A DNA stretch of 64,000 nucleotides from Histomonas meleagridis 2922-C6/04-290x. Lineage: Eukaryota; Protista; Parabasalia. Positions 23,200 to 34,813 of this stretch are shown in pieces. Each line of letters begins with the position of its first letter. Within the stretch, counting starts at the first letter, position 1. A program made the translations under genes and the position numbers. The stretch lies in the NCBI GenBank assembly GCA_020184695.1, contig JAANOX010000061.1, forward strand, positions 599,148-663,147. The letters are read 5' to 3'. The notes beneath the pieces are model-generated. The model did not search any database, was not told the origin of the DNA, and saw nothing but the letters and a program-made list of their open reading frames with translations.

Positions 23200-24087
23200 T
23201 CAACTCTTTAAATTATTAATTTCTTTTAATTTATTTTCATAAAGATATTTAAAGATATCATTTCGATGGAATTGAATTGCTGTTTCATATGCATCTTTAA
23301 ATGATGAATGATTTTGTTCACATAAATGAATAATTTCTTCATTCCCACCTGCAATTGCATATTTACCTGCGTTTTCTACATTTGCACCATTCATAAGTAA
23401 ATATTTGAAACATTTAACTGATCCAAAAAATGCTGCAAAATCAATTAATGAAGCATAATTATTTACTAAAGAACATCTTTCATAAAGTGATGGTTTAATT
23501 GTTTGTTTAAAATCAAAGTTTGTTTGTGATGATATTTCTTGAAGTTTTTCGATTTCATCTTTTCGAATTATTTTTGTAATTTCATTTGGATTATTTCCTT
23601 CGCTAATTAATTTCTTATGAAGCTCCCAATCATTCTTTGAAAGTTCTTCATGATTTACAAAATTATATTCCCTTAAAAGGATTGGTAATTTATCTTTAGA
23701 CATATAATGCGCAAAATAAACATCATGGTTGTTTTTTACAATGTTTGGTTCAAGAAAATTATGTTCAATCATCGATTCAAGAAGATAATATGATTCATGT
23801 GTATGCTTATTATTAAGAAATCGCCTAAATACATCAAATATATTGGATTTGATTTTATTGCTATCTTGAAATTTTCTTATTTCTTTTATAATATTAAAAA
23901 ATAAATTTACTTTATTATTTTTAATTACAAATGAATAATATATCATTTGAATAATAATTAAATCATAAGATAAAGGATGGATTTCATCAAATTTGTTGAT
24001 TATTAAACCTAAAGATTTCGAGGAATTTTCTTCATTCAAACCAAAAATTGCTTGACTTATTGATAGAAGTGTTTCCCAGTCGCTCAT
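23200..24087 (-). pseudogene. truncated DUF3447-family paralog lacking the ankyrin array
   Basis: Similar to paralogs up to ENKLKEINNL, then stops abruptly at a junction with unrelated sequence. Confidence 0.7.
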
Positions 24088-24443
24088 GTGGAAAATCCCT
24101 TATTGAGTGTCCACCATATTCAAAAACTGGATTTCATAGATGTCATTTTATACCAATAAAATTTAAATATTATATTGACGGTAAAAAAATCAGTAGTTTT
24201 GACATTTATGCGATCACTTCATTTTAATAAATACGTATCAAGGCACATATTGCAACCAAAAGTAAAACGAAAGGAAAATATCGAAAATATAGTGAATAAA
24301 ATGGATTCATTAGATATTTTACTGTTAATCCTAATATAGGTTTAAATATTGAACAATCATTTTCCTTACTTAGTAATATGCAATTAAATTCCTTTTTGTT
24401 CTTTGGTATTTCTAAAAAATGATATTAAACATCAAACAAATCT

Positions 24444-25148
24444 TTATTTTGTAGATACAATTTGGTCGAGTTGCGCTTTGATTTGTGCATTCTGCCGCTT
24501 TAATACGGAAGTTTCTTCCGCAATTTGTTTTTCTCTTTCTTTCCGCGTTTCGACCGAGTTTTTCTCCAAAAATGTTATCTTGTCTTGTAGCTCCTGTACT
24601 TTGTTTTCCAAAATGCGCTTTTCTTCTCTTAGGTCGTGGTTTTCTTTTTCGATTGCTTTTTTCCTCTGTTCGATTTGCACGACTTTTCGTATGCCCCAAG
24701 CAATTGCAGAGTCATAGAGTTCTTGATATGACTGAATTGTCTTTCTTTGTTCATCACGGACTTTTACTAATAATTTTCCCCTTGCACTACAATCAATGGT
24801 GATCTGTCGGATAATTTCATCAAAACATTGGGCATATAGCTCACTCCTTATTGGACAAATTCCAGTGTTTCTTGCCTTCCGTTGATTAAGAAGAGAATCT
24901 AATTGTGATTGTAATTTAAGTACATCAGAACGTGTTGTAGGTGCAATGCTCACAAATTGTGTAAGTGTTTCCCCATCTTCAACAATTTTTTGGGGAGGAA
25001 GAATTGAATTTAAAACCTCTCTCGTTAATTCTTCATCATCTTCATCGTCCCCTGATTTTTTGGTTTTGCTCGAAACTCTTTTCTTTTGAGTCCCTTCTAA
25101 TATTGGGACATCATATTTAAGAAGTCCGTTATTATGTTTTGTTTTCAT
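24444..25148 (-). CDS. DNALI1: axonemal dynein light intermediate chain p28
   Basis: LLKYDVP, LNSILPP, RKARNTGICPIRSELYAQCFDEIIRQITIDCSARGKLL, LYDSAIAWGIRK. Confidence 0.95.
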   Translation of the reverse strand: MKTKHNNGLLKYDVPILEGTQKKRVSSKTKKSGDDEDDEELTREVLNSILPPQKIVEDGETLTQFVSIAPTTRSDVLKLQSQLDSLLNQRKARNTGICPIRSELYAQCFDEIIRQITIDCSARGKLLVKVRDEQRKTIQSYQELYDSAIAWGIRKVVQIEQRKKAIEKENHDLREEKRILENKVQELQDKITFLEKNSVETRKEREKQIAEETSVLKRQNAQIKAQLDQIVSTK

Positions 25149-25155
25149 CCTAATT

Positions 25156-25164
25156 AAAAAGTGA
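25156..25164 (-). promoter_or_regulatory. Inr-like element TCACTTTTT
   Basis: Lies 7 nt before the p28 ATG at 25148. Confidence 0.45.
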
Positions 25165-25497
25165 CATTCTCGTTTTTTGCTTCAAATAATAAAATTGTAT
25201 TTTCTAGCCTTTTAATTTATATTTACGAATTTTATTGTAACAAATATTTATATTGAACGAAAAATTATAAAATATATTTATTATATTTGAGTTTCCTACG
25301 ACAATAAATCTTTATAAAAATAAAGAATTTACTTCAAGCATTATCTCATATTTAATATATTAAATTCTACTCTATAAATGATATTCATTCCTTATACATC
25401 TTTTTAAACATTTTTGAGTAATCTCAAAAAATTTTGAATAATAAAAATTTGTGCTTCTCAAGAAAATTAAAATGAAAAAATTAGGTTTTATCTTATT

Positions 25498-26607
25498 CTA
25501 ATTGGGGAGATCATCACTCCTATTTTTTTCTCTAATAGAATTATTTTTATGTTTCATTCTTTTTCTAACAAACCAAAGTGCAGGAACCGAGAGTATCAAC
25601 AACCCGCCTGAGACTGAGGCTATAACTATGAAAGTTGTAGATTCCCAAAAACTTTGATCTGTTTTTCTATGATTGATTTTCATGTTAGAATTATCACTTT
25701 TTATTTGTGATGCATTCTTATTAGTGTTATTTATTGAATTAATTAATGTAGTTTGTGGTATTTTTCCAGTTGTAAATAATTTTGTTTTTGTTGTGTTACT
25801 TGTCGTTGTAGTTGATACACCCTTTCCAGATGTTTTATTTGTATTAGTATTCGGATTTGACGTCATGGTTCTTGAGGTACCCTTTGTTGGTGTTTGAATA
25901 GTATTGACACTTGGATTTGTTTTTTCTGGTGTACTTTTTGTGTTTGTTTTATGCGATTTGATGTTTGAATTTGTTGTTGACCCTGGACTATTGATTGTTG
26001 TTTCAGCTGTATTATTATTTGAATTTGTGGTTTCTGGCACGCCGTTCATAGATTTTATGAGTTTATTCTTCTTTTGTTCGACAGTTGTACTATCATTTAT
26101 ATCAGATGAACTTTTCTTAGGAATATTTGATTTATTTTGGTTATTTTTATCAATTGTTTTCATACCTTTGTTTTCATTATTTGTAATGGTTTCTGTTGTT
26201 TGATTTGGTTCATTTTTAATATTAGTATTATTTTCATCTGAAATATTAATACCTGAATTGCTTTCTATTGTAGTGTTTAAATCATTTTCCTTGAATATTT
26301 TTGTTACACTATCTTTAGTTAATGATGGGAACTTGTTTTTCTTTTGTGAATTTTTTAGAACATTTTTGTTGCCCTTGTTAATTAAAGGTTTGATTGGTTC
26401 ACTATGACTTGCTTTTTCTTGTTGAATAGATCTGCTTTTTCTTGGAAATACATTCATAATGTTTGATACCATTTTCAAAAATTTATGGTCTTTATTTTTT
26501 TTGTGTTTTAAGTTTTCTTCATCATTATTTACCTTTTTATTTTTTCTAGCATCTTTTTTATCGCTTTCTAGACTTACATGATAAATTAAAATTATTAAAA
26601 CAAGCAT
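25498..26607 (-). CDS. putative type I surface protein with a low-complexity N/T/K/S-rich ectodomain
   Basis: Hydrophobic N-terminus MLVLIILIYHVSL, Thr/Asn/Ser-rich stalk, TM FIVIASVSGGLLILSVPALWFV followed by RKRMK. Confidence 0.75.
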   Translation of the reverse strand: MLVLIILIYHVSLESDKKDARKNKKVNNDEENLKHKKNKDHKFLKMVSNIMNVFPRKSRSIQQEKASHSEPIKPLINKGNKNVLKNSQKKNKFPSLTKDSVTKIFKENDLNTTIESNSGINISDENNTNIKNEPNQTTETITNNENKGMKTIDKNNQNKSNIPKKSSSDINDSTTVEQKKNKLIKSMNGVPETTNSNNNTAETTINSPGSTTNSNIKSHKTNTKSTPEKTNPSVNTIQTPTKGTSRTMTSNPNTNTNKTSGKGVSTTTTSNTTKTKLFTTGKIPQTTLINSINNTNKNASQIKSDNSNMKINHRKTDQSFWESTTFIVIASVSGGLLILSVPALWFVRKRMKHKNNSIREKNRSDDLPN

Positions 26608-27255
26608 AGTAGTGAAGTGTTACTCCAAATGTTAAAGTTATTCTTTTTATACATCCAGAAAACAAAATTCAGAAGAGCTCATTTTTATGTTAAAAACTTC
26701 ATAAACATATATCAATTTTAAGATGAAATAAAAATAATTTGTTAGATTTTACATGAAAAATATATTTAATAGAATTGTTCTAAATACTATTTTATAATTT
26801 CATTAAATATTGAAATTATTCAATAATATAAATTTATAATATAACTACAATCGTTAATATATTTATCAAAATTTAAATATATTATTTCAAATATTTACAT
26901 AAGTTCTAGTAACTTAAAAACATAAAAAACAATGTAAGTTAAAGAATAATATATTCCTAAATGACCAATTTTTAAATTAAATACTAAAAATTTAAAATTG
27001 GATTTCTTTAAATGATGATTTATTAAGTTTATTAAATTGCATTTTTTAGTTTTGATATCATAAAAAACTAAATTTGAAATTTTAAAAATTACAAGAATAT
27101 TTTAACAATGTTTGTTTAATATATAAATAGAAAAATGTAAAAACATGGATATTTGCATTTGATTAGACTCTACAATTCTTTATTGTGTTTGAAAATAAGA
27201 GGAATTTAAAGACAAGCGCAAAGAATTTCGATTTAATAACCTTAAGTTTTTTCAT

Positions 27256-28387
27256 TCATTTATAAATATTATGGTACCTGAAATCGAAACATTAAATTTC
27301 TTAATTAAAATGATATCAATTGGTTGGTGGGAACGAAAACTTTCATTATTATTTAACACATTATGTTTATCATTTCAACGAATTATAAATAATAATAATA
27401 ATAATAAAAATAATGAAGAAATATGGTTAAAGTTTGGAGAAGTTATAAAATGTATTTTAACATTATCATCTGATTATTTAACAATGCGAATTTATATGTT
27501 TACTAATGTAATATTTAATCCAATATTAATTAAAAACATTTCATATTTATCATTTATTTTTCATATTATGTTTAATGATTTCTTTAAAAGAATTCCATTA
27601 GTACATCGAGCTTCAATATGGAAATCATTGATTATAAATATCAAACAAATAAATCATAATGAATTAAATGAATTATTTAATTTACCTAAAGATAATGATT
27701 TTTCACGATTATTAGATGATAATATGTTAATTTCTACATATTTTACAAATTTACAATTAATTGATAAAAATTTCTATGAAATATTATGTGAAAAAGGGAA
27801 ATATTATTACGAAAATTTCATCTCAGAGAAAACGAATAATTTAACGAATATTTATGAAGAAATTAAACGAAAAAGAAAAGCATTAACTAGTCATCAAATA
27901 ATTATTAATGATATTGAAGAACAAAATAAATTTCATATATATTTCCAACGAATTGAATTATTTTGTTTTGAAACTCGTTTTAATATATTAAATTTACGTA
28001 ATTTATGTTACAACAGGTCATAAGAATGGTGACATTGCGTTTTGGAATATTGATTTGATGAATCAAACACTTGAAATGAAGAAAAAAATTCAATTTTCTA
28101 ATTTTGAAATTAAAGTGATGAAAATCATTGAAAATGGTTCTGGGTTATATGTAGTGAACGAGAAAAATGAAACGAAAATGTTTGTGTCTAGAGGAATTAA
28201 TAAGTCTTTAGTGAAAGTAGATACAATTTTTGGATGTGCAAAATGTGATGAAACAGGATTTAGATACTACACATGTGAATCATGCGGATTGCACTACTGT
28301 AAGAACTGCTGTAAGGTTGACCAAAAGTCGATAATATGTAACAACTGTTTAGTCGATATTGCAAACTTTGCAGATTTGGAGTTTTAA
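27256..28387 (+). pseudogene. partial inverted copy of the BEACH gene with a deletion of about 2.2 kb
   Basis: 27256-28002 is the reverse complement of about 16518-17271; 27999-28387 is the reverse complement of about 13944-14332; the junction shares TAAT. Confidence 0.9.
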
Positions 28388-29690
28388 TAAATATTCTGAA
28401 TTATGAATTTTGTTGAAAACATTCTTTAAAATGAAAAATTTTAATTTATCAAATTGCAATTTCATATGAAATCAGTTATTATTAATTTTTTGTTTGTTTA
28501 AAATAATTGTTAAATATTGTAAAATGTGTTTCATTAAATCTTTGATTTCCATGAAAATGAATTTCAAATGGCATTTTACTAAAATAGATGCATGGCATGA
28601 AATCGACAACAATAACTTTGCTTCTTGTACTAATTAGCACCTTGTTTTATTTTATCTTCTTTTTTGAGTGATGTGAGAACTTCTTCCAATTTAACATTTC
28701 CTTTTTCCAAATTGTAATTGTCTTCTTCAACTTGATCAAGTTTAATTCTGATATCAACAATTTTTTTTGTATATTTTAAACAATTTCTTCGAATTGATCA
28801 AGTGTTTCGTCATGCAATAAAAATTTATGGTTCTTATTTCTTTTTGATTCTTGATGTTTTGTTGATTTAATTTTGGTATTTGTGAAAATATTTTCTTTTG
28901 TTTATTTCGTCTTGGAGAATTTTGTTCAGTATTTTCGTAATTAGTTCGGTGTCTGTGTGTAATTTATTATAAATCTATCATAAAACCAGATAAAGAATAA
29001 TTTTGTTTCGTGAGCTGAAATATAACATTTAATTTTATCTCAATATTTTATGAATTCCGTATATGAACATTCCGTTATAAAATAAGAGACATAATTTGAA
29101 TATTTTAAGAATATATTTCGCTTTTATATTAATGTTTTATTGTTTTCATTAAATAATTATTGAATATTTAACTGTGCTCACATTGTGATTTTCTTGATTT
29201 TTCTCGAATTAAATCCACTATTTCTGTGTAACCCTTTTTAGATGCTATCTTAAGAGCTGTTTCAAATAATTTAAATTATTTCTAAATATCATATTAAAAT
29301 TTCAAATTATTAAAATAAATATTAATTAAAACAAATAAATATTTTTAGCTTCAATATCAATTCCTTCTTGTTCAAGAAGTAATTTAACTACTTCTATATG
29401 ACCATATTCACATGCATACATAAGTGCTGTTTTATATATTTTACAACATAAAAATATAAAAATAATTATCAAATAAAGTATATAAATAAGTTTAGCATTA
29501 ATATCAATTCCCTTTTGTTCAAGAAGTAATTTGACCATTTTTGTATCACCATTTTTAGATGCTTCCATAAGCGTTGTGCGAAATAATTTAAAGAAATTCC
29601 AAAAATTTTATTAAAACATCCAGTTATTGAAATAAATTTTAAATAAAGCAAATAAATATTTTTAACATTAATATCAATTCCTTCTTGTTC
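27999..29690 (+). repeat. inverted segmental duplicate of about 12630-14332 (BEACH 3' end, intergenic DNA, last ankyrin units)
   Basis: Near-identical reverse complement; ORF 29326-29568 nearly equals ORF 12757-12999. Confidence 0.92.
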
Positions 29691-32660
29691 AAGAAGTATT
29701 TTAACTATTTCTGTATGACCATTTAAAGATGCAAATATAAGTGCTGTATTAAATAATTTAGATAATTTCCAAATATTATTTTGAAATACTATAAAATTAT
29801 TAAAATAAATATTAAATAAAACAAATAAATATTTTTAACATTAATATCAATTCCTTCTTGTTCAAGAAGTATTTTAACTATTTCTGTATGACCATTATAA
29901 GATGCACACATAAGTGCTGTATTAAATAATTTAGATAATTTCCAAATATTATTTTGAAATACTATAAAATTATTAAAATAAATATTAAATAAAACAAATA
30001 AATATTTTTAACATTAATATCAATTCCTTCTTGTTCAAGAAGTATTTTAACTATTTCTGTATAACCTTTTGAAGATGCTAAAATAAGTGCTGTATTAAAT
30101 AATTTAAATAATTTCCAAATATTATTTTGAAATCCAAAATTATTAAAATAAATATCAAATAAAACAAATAAATATCTTTAGCATTAATATCAATTCCCTT
30201 CTTGTTCAAGCAGAAATTTAACTATTTCTATGTGCCCTTGCGAAGATTCTTGCACAAGTAAATTTCCAGATAATTTGAATTAATCATAAACAACACAACT
30301 AAACATGAAATTAATAATTTAAATATTTGAAACATTCATGTCAATTCCTTTTTGTTCAAGAAGTAATTTTAACTATTTCTGTATGACCTTTCCAAGATGC
30401 CCTACAGAAGTGCTGTATCAAAATAAATTTTAGATAAGTTCCAAGGAGTATTGTGAAATAAGAAAGTATGAAAATAAATTTTATTTTTAGCATTAATATC
30501 AATTCCTTCTTGTTCAAGAAGTATTTTAACTATTTCTGTATGACCATTAAAAGATGCCTCAATAAGTGCTGTATCAAAAATTTTAAATAATTTCCAAATA
30601 TTATTTTGAAATAAGAAATTATTAAAATAAATTTTATTTTTAGCATTAATATCAATTCCTTCTTGTTCAAGAAGTATTTTAACTATTTCTGTATGACCAT
30701 TATAAGATGCACACATAAGTGCTGTATTAAATAATTTAAATTATTTCCAAATATTATTTTGAAATATAAAATTATTAAAATAAATATTAAATAAAACAAA
30801 TAAATATTTTTAGCATTAATATCAATTCCTTCTTGTTCAAGAAGTATTTTAACTATTTCTGTATGACCTTCTGAAGATGCTCTAATAAGTGCTGTATTAA
30901 ATATTTTAAGTAAATTCCAAATATTATTTTGAAATATCAAATTATTAAAATAAATATTAAATAAAACAAATAAATATCTTTAGCATTAATATCAATTCCT
31001 TCTTGTTCAAGAAGTATTTTAACTATTTCTGTATGACCATTTGAAGATGCAAATATAAGTGCTGTTTGAAATAATTTAAATAATTTCCAAATATTATTTT
31101 GAAATATAAAATTTTTGAAACAAATATTAAATAAAACAAATAAATATCTTTAGCATTAATATCAATTCCTTCTTGTTCAAGAAGTATTTTAACTATTTCT
31201 GTATGACCATTTAAAGATGCATACTTAAGTGCTGTATTAAATAATTTAGATAATTTCCAAATATTATTTTGAAATATCAAATTATTAAAATAAATATTAA
31301 ATAAAACAAATAAATATCTTTAGCATTAATATCAATTCCTTCTTGTTCAAGAAGTATTTTAACTATTTCTGTATGACCATTTAAAGATGCAAATATAAGT
31401 GCTGTATTAAATAATTTAAATGATTTCCAAATATTATTTTGAAATATAAAATTATTAAAATAAATATTAAATAAAACAAATAAATATCTTTAGCATTAAC
31501 ATCAATTCCTTTTTGTTTTAAAATGTATACAACAAGTTCAATATTTCCTGAAAATGAAGCAATAATTAAAATATTTTCTGGAAGTTTATTATTTTTAAGG
31601 AAATATTTTACAAGAAAAATATTTCCAATTTTTGCTGCTTTATTAATGATATTTTCATTAATTTTCATTCCTTCTTTTTCTAAATATGTAAAAATTTCAT
31701 AATTAAAATATGAAACGCATTTTACTCCTAATTTTTTTAAATTATTAATATCTTCGATTTTATTTTCATAAAGATAATGAAAAATATCATTTCGATGAAA
31801 AATAATTGCTGTTTCATATGCATTTTGAAAAGATGAATGATTTTGTTCACATAAATGAATAATTTCTTCATTTCCACCTGCAACAGCGTATTTACCTGTA
31901 TTTTCTACATTTGCACCATTCATAAGTAAATATTTAAAACATTTAATTGAAGAAAAAAATGCTGCATAATCAATTAATGTAACATTTCTTTGATTAATGA
32001 AAGAAAACCTTTCATAAAGTGATGGTTTAATTGTTTGATTAAAATCGAATTCATTTTGTGATGATATTTCTTGAAGTTTTTCTATTTCATCATTTCGAAT
32101 TATTTTAGCAATTTCTTTTGGATTAACTCCTTCTTTAATTAATTGCTTATGAAGTTTCCAATCATTCTTCGAAAGTTCTTCATAAGAAATATTTTCCTCA
32201 ATAAATAAATATTCATATTCATTTGATTTATCTTGATTAATATGAACAAAAAATGGATTAAATGTATTTTTGATGAATTTTGATTCAAGTAAATTATACT
32301 TAATCATGTAACTAAGTAAATAAAATGATTCTTGTGTGTTTTCTTTAAGAAGAAATTGAGAAAACAAATTTATTATTTTTTTGTGCTGATTTTATTATTT
32401 ACTTCAAATTTTTCAATTTCCTGTAATAATCTCAAATATATATCAAAATCATTATTATCAATCAAAAAAGAAGTATATATCATTCGGTATATAATGATAT
32501 CATAAGATATTGGATATTCTTTCCAAAACTTGCTGATAATAAAATTTGATGATTGCGCAAAATTATCGATATTCAAACCAAAGATTATGTTTTTGAGCGT
32601 TGTAAATGTTTCCCATTCGTTTTGAGATTTCTGGTTTGTTGCTGTTTGATTTTGGTGCAT
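29168..32660 (-). CDS. DUF3447 + ankyrin-repeat gene 2, about 14 spacer-separated ankyrin units; frameshift near 32376
   Basis: ATG at 32660 (MHQNQT); ORFs 32373-32708 and 31381-32367 join across a 7-nt run that is 5 nt in the copy at 61467; DUF3447 motifs, then the array. Confidence 0.75.
29200..31520 (-). repeat. tandem ankyrin-plus-spacer array (mostly 170-nt period, some 153-nt in-frame units)
   Basis: TAGCATTAA recurs at 31491, 31321, 31151, 30981, 30811, 30641 and then 30488. Confidence 0.97.
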
Positions 32661-33837
32661 TTTGCTGCCTGCTAATTTGATATGAACCGCTGAATTTAAT
32701 TCAAACAATTACGGTTATGAATTGGTGCTCAATTTAGTAATTTAATCCATCGACTCATTACATTTTAATTTTATCATTCTATGCATCTCATTTATTCATT
32801 TAGTACTACCACCTTGTTTATACATTTTAAGAAAATAAACTACTATATTTTAGCATTGAGTTTTGTGGTTGTTGATCACTTTTTCTAGTTTAAAAAACTT
32901 AAATACCTGTAAAAAGGACAAATAGCCTCATTTAAAACATGAAATTTTGAGTCTATGATATATATTTTCATTAATATTCTTTAGTTTTATTTAAATTTTA
33001 TTGTGAAATGTTTAGCTTACACTACTCGATGATATTTGCATTTTCATATTCAAGAAAGTATTAATACTATTCAGAGTATTTCCAACTCTAACTGTCAATA
33101 ATGAAAATCTAATATCTCATGTTCTGAAGATAAATTATATAAATTAATTTGTTTTTATATGCTCAAAAATAATATCATTTATTTATTGGAAAATCTGTGT
33201 AAATATCAGAAATAAATAACTTTTTCAATATTTTATTTCGAAAAAATGCTTAATGATTTTCTCATATATGTAATGATTAAGAAAGGAAAAAATGAATCAA
33301 AAAATATATAATATAAGCACAGCAATATAAAGATTAAATAAGGAAAGTATAATAATAAATAGAAATGGAAACAAATTACAATTAATTTCTTCAAAAACAA
33401 AAGGAATATCGATTGATTGATGAAGCAAACCGTCAACGTACGATACAGTAAATTGACATAATGACGATTATAATCAATTTAAATTCAAACAAAATATGAA
33501 ATTATAATATATCGGATTATAACAGCAGAAATTTAAAAACTCGTCATATTTGGAATAAACATACTATAGTATATTACCATATTATTTTTATGAAGTAATT
33601 ATTTGAAAATTTGTGGATCTGACTCGGTACAAAATGCTATCGTCACTTTTTCACAGAAAAAAGAAAAAATTACTTTTTCAATGCATTATTGAATAGTTTA
33701 CTTGTATGAGGTTTTATGCTAGAACGGTTCAATACTTTTTCAATACTATCTATCGTAATTAAATGAAAGCCTTTCGATCGTTTTAACTCTCAAATTCAAC
33801 GGTAAAGTTTTTTCAAAAAGTTAAAAAAGGTTGGGAA

Positions 33838-34479
33838 ATGTCCAATCGATTTGATTCTCTCTTAAACCAAGTTCAAACACGACTTGAAGTCTTAGAGAAC
33901 ACAGCATCTGAATTCGGGAGCATGAAGTTAGACCAAAAAAGGCAAGCAGTTTCACGATCGAGAAGAGAGATCCAAACAATCCGCAATAACTTAGCTGAAA
34001 TGGCAAGGCTAATTCAGACAATGCCACAGAGAGACAAAGAATTTTTTCAAACAGATCTAACATCATGCCAAGATTCATTCCAACAAATCCAAGTTCGATA
34101 TGATGCTTTAAATGACGCTTTACAAAAAGAAATCGAAAGCGCCAAACAAGCAGGCGAGGAAGGAGGTATTGATGAAGATCTTGCTCGGTCAAATCATCAG
34201 AAAGGTATGGAAATTCTTGCAACCTTAAATAACACAATTGCTACAAACAAAGATACACTTAACACACAAGAGCACACGAAAAACACGTTAGCGGAAGATC
34301 GAAAGTTGTTAGAGCACACTAGTGACAACTTGTATCAAATTGATAATGAAGCAGATAAAGGATTAGCAGCTGCAGGGCGTATGATCAAGAGAGGCCTAAT
34401 GAACAAAGGAATCACGTGGGGGATTTGCGTTGTGCTTGCGATCATATTAGCAGTTATATTGTACCTTAAGATGAAATAA
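33838..34479 (+). CDS. Qb-SNARE, Vti1-like, tail-anchored
   Basis: Helical N-terminal bundle, SNARE heptads (LAEDRKLLEHTSDNLYQIDNEADKGLAAAGRMIKR), C-terminal TM. Confidence 0.75.
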   Translation: MSNRFDSLLNQVQTRLEVLENTASEFGSMKLDQKRQAVSRSRREIQTIRNNLAEMARLIQTMPQRDKEFFQTDLTSCQDSFQQIQVRYDALNDALQKEIESAKQAGEEGGIDEDLARSNHQKGMEILATLNNTIATNKDTLNTQEHTKNTLAEDRKLLEHTSDNLYQIDNEADKGLAAAGRMIKRGLMNKGITWGICVVLAIILAVILYLKMK

Positions 34480-34813
34480 ATCATTTTCCATATTACATCG
34501 AAACCGTTTTCTTAGGAAAAGTGCTCCGCTCGTTAACAAAAACTTCGATATTTGAATCGGTCAATCGTAAATCATTGAAAAGGAAAACAAATTTCCAAAT
34601 ATAAATATTTTGATGTAAACTGTTTTTTAACTCTAAATTTTAGAGTTTTTCATCTTTTTAAGTTTTTTTCTTCTCGAAAATTTTTTATGTTTTTTGATGT
34701 AAAAGGGAAAGTCACTCGGACTTGAAACAGTTCACAAAATCACTTTTCGAATGCCCATTCAACTGGAACCGCTCAAAGCACCCAAATTAGGAAAGATTCT
34801 TTGAGTGAATTTA

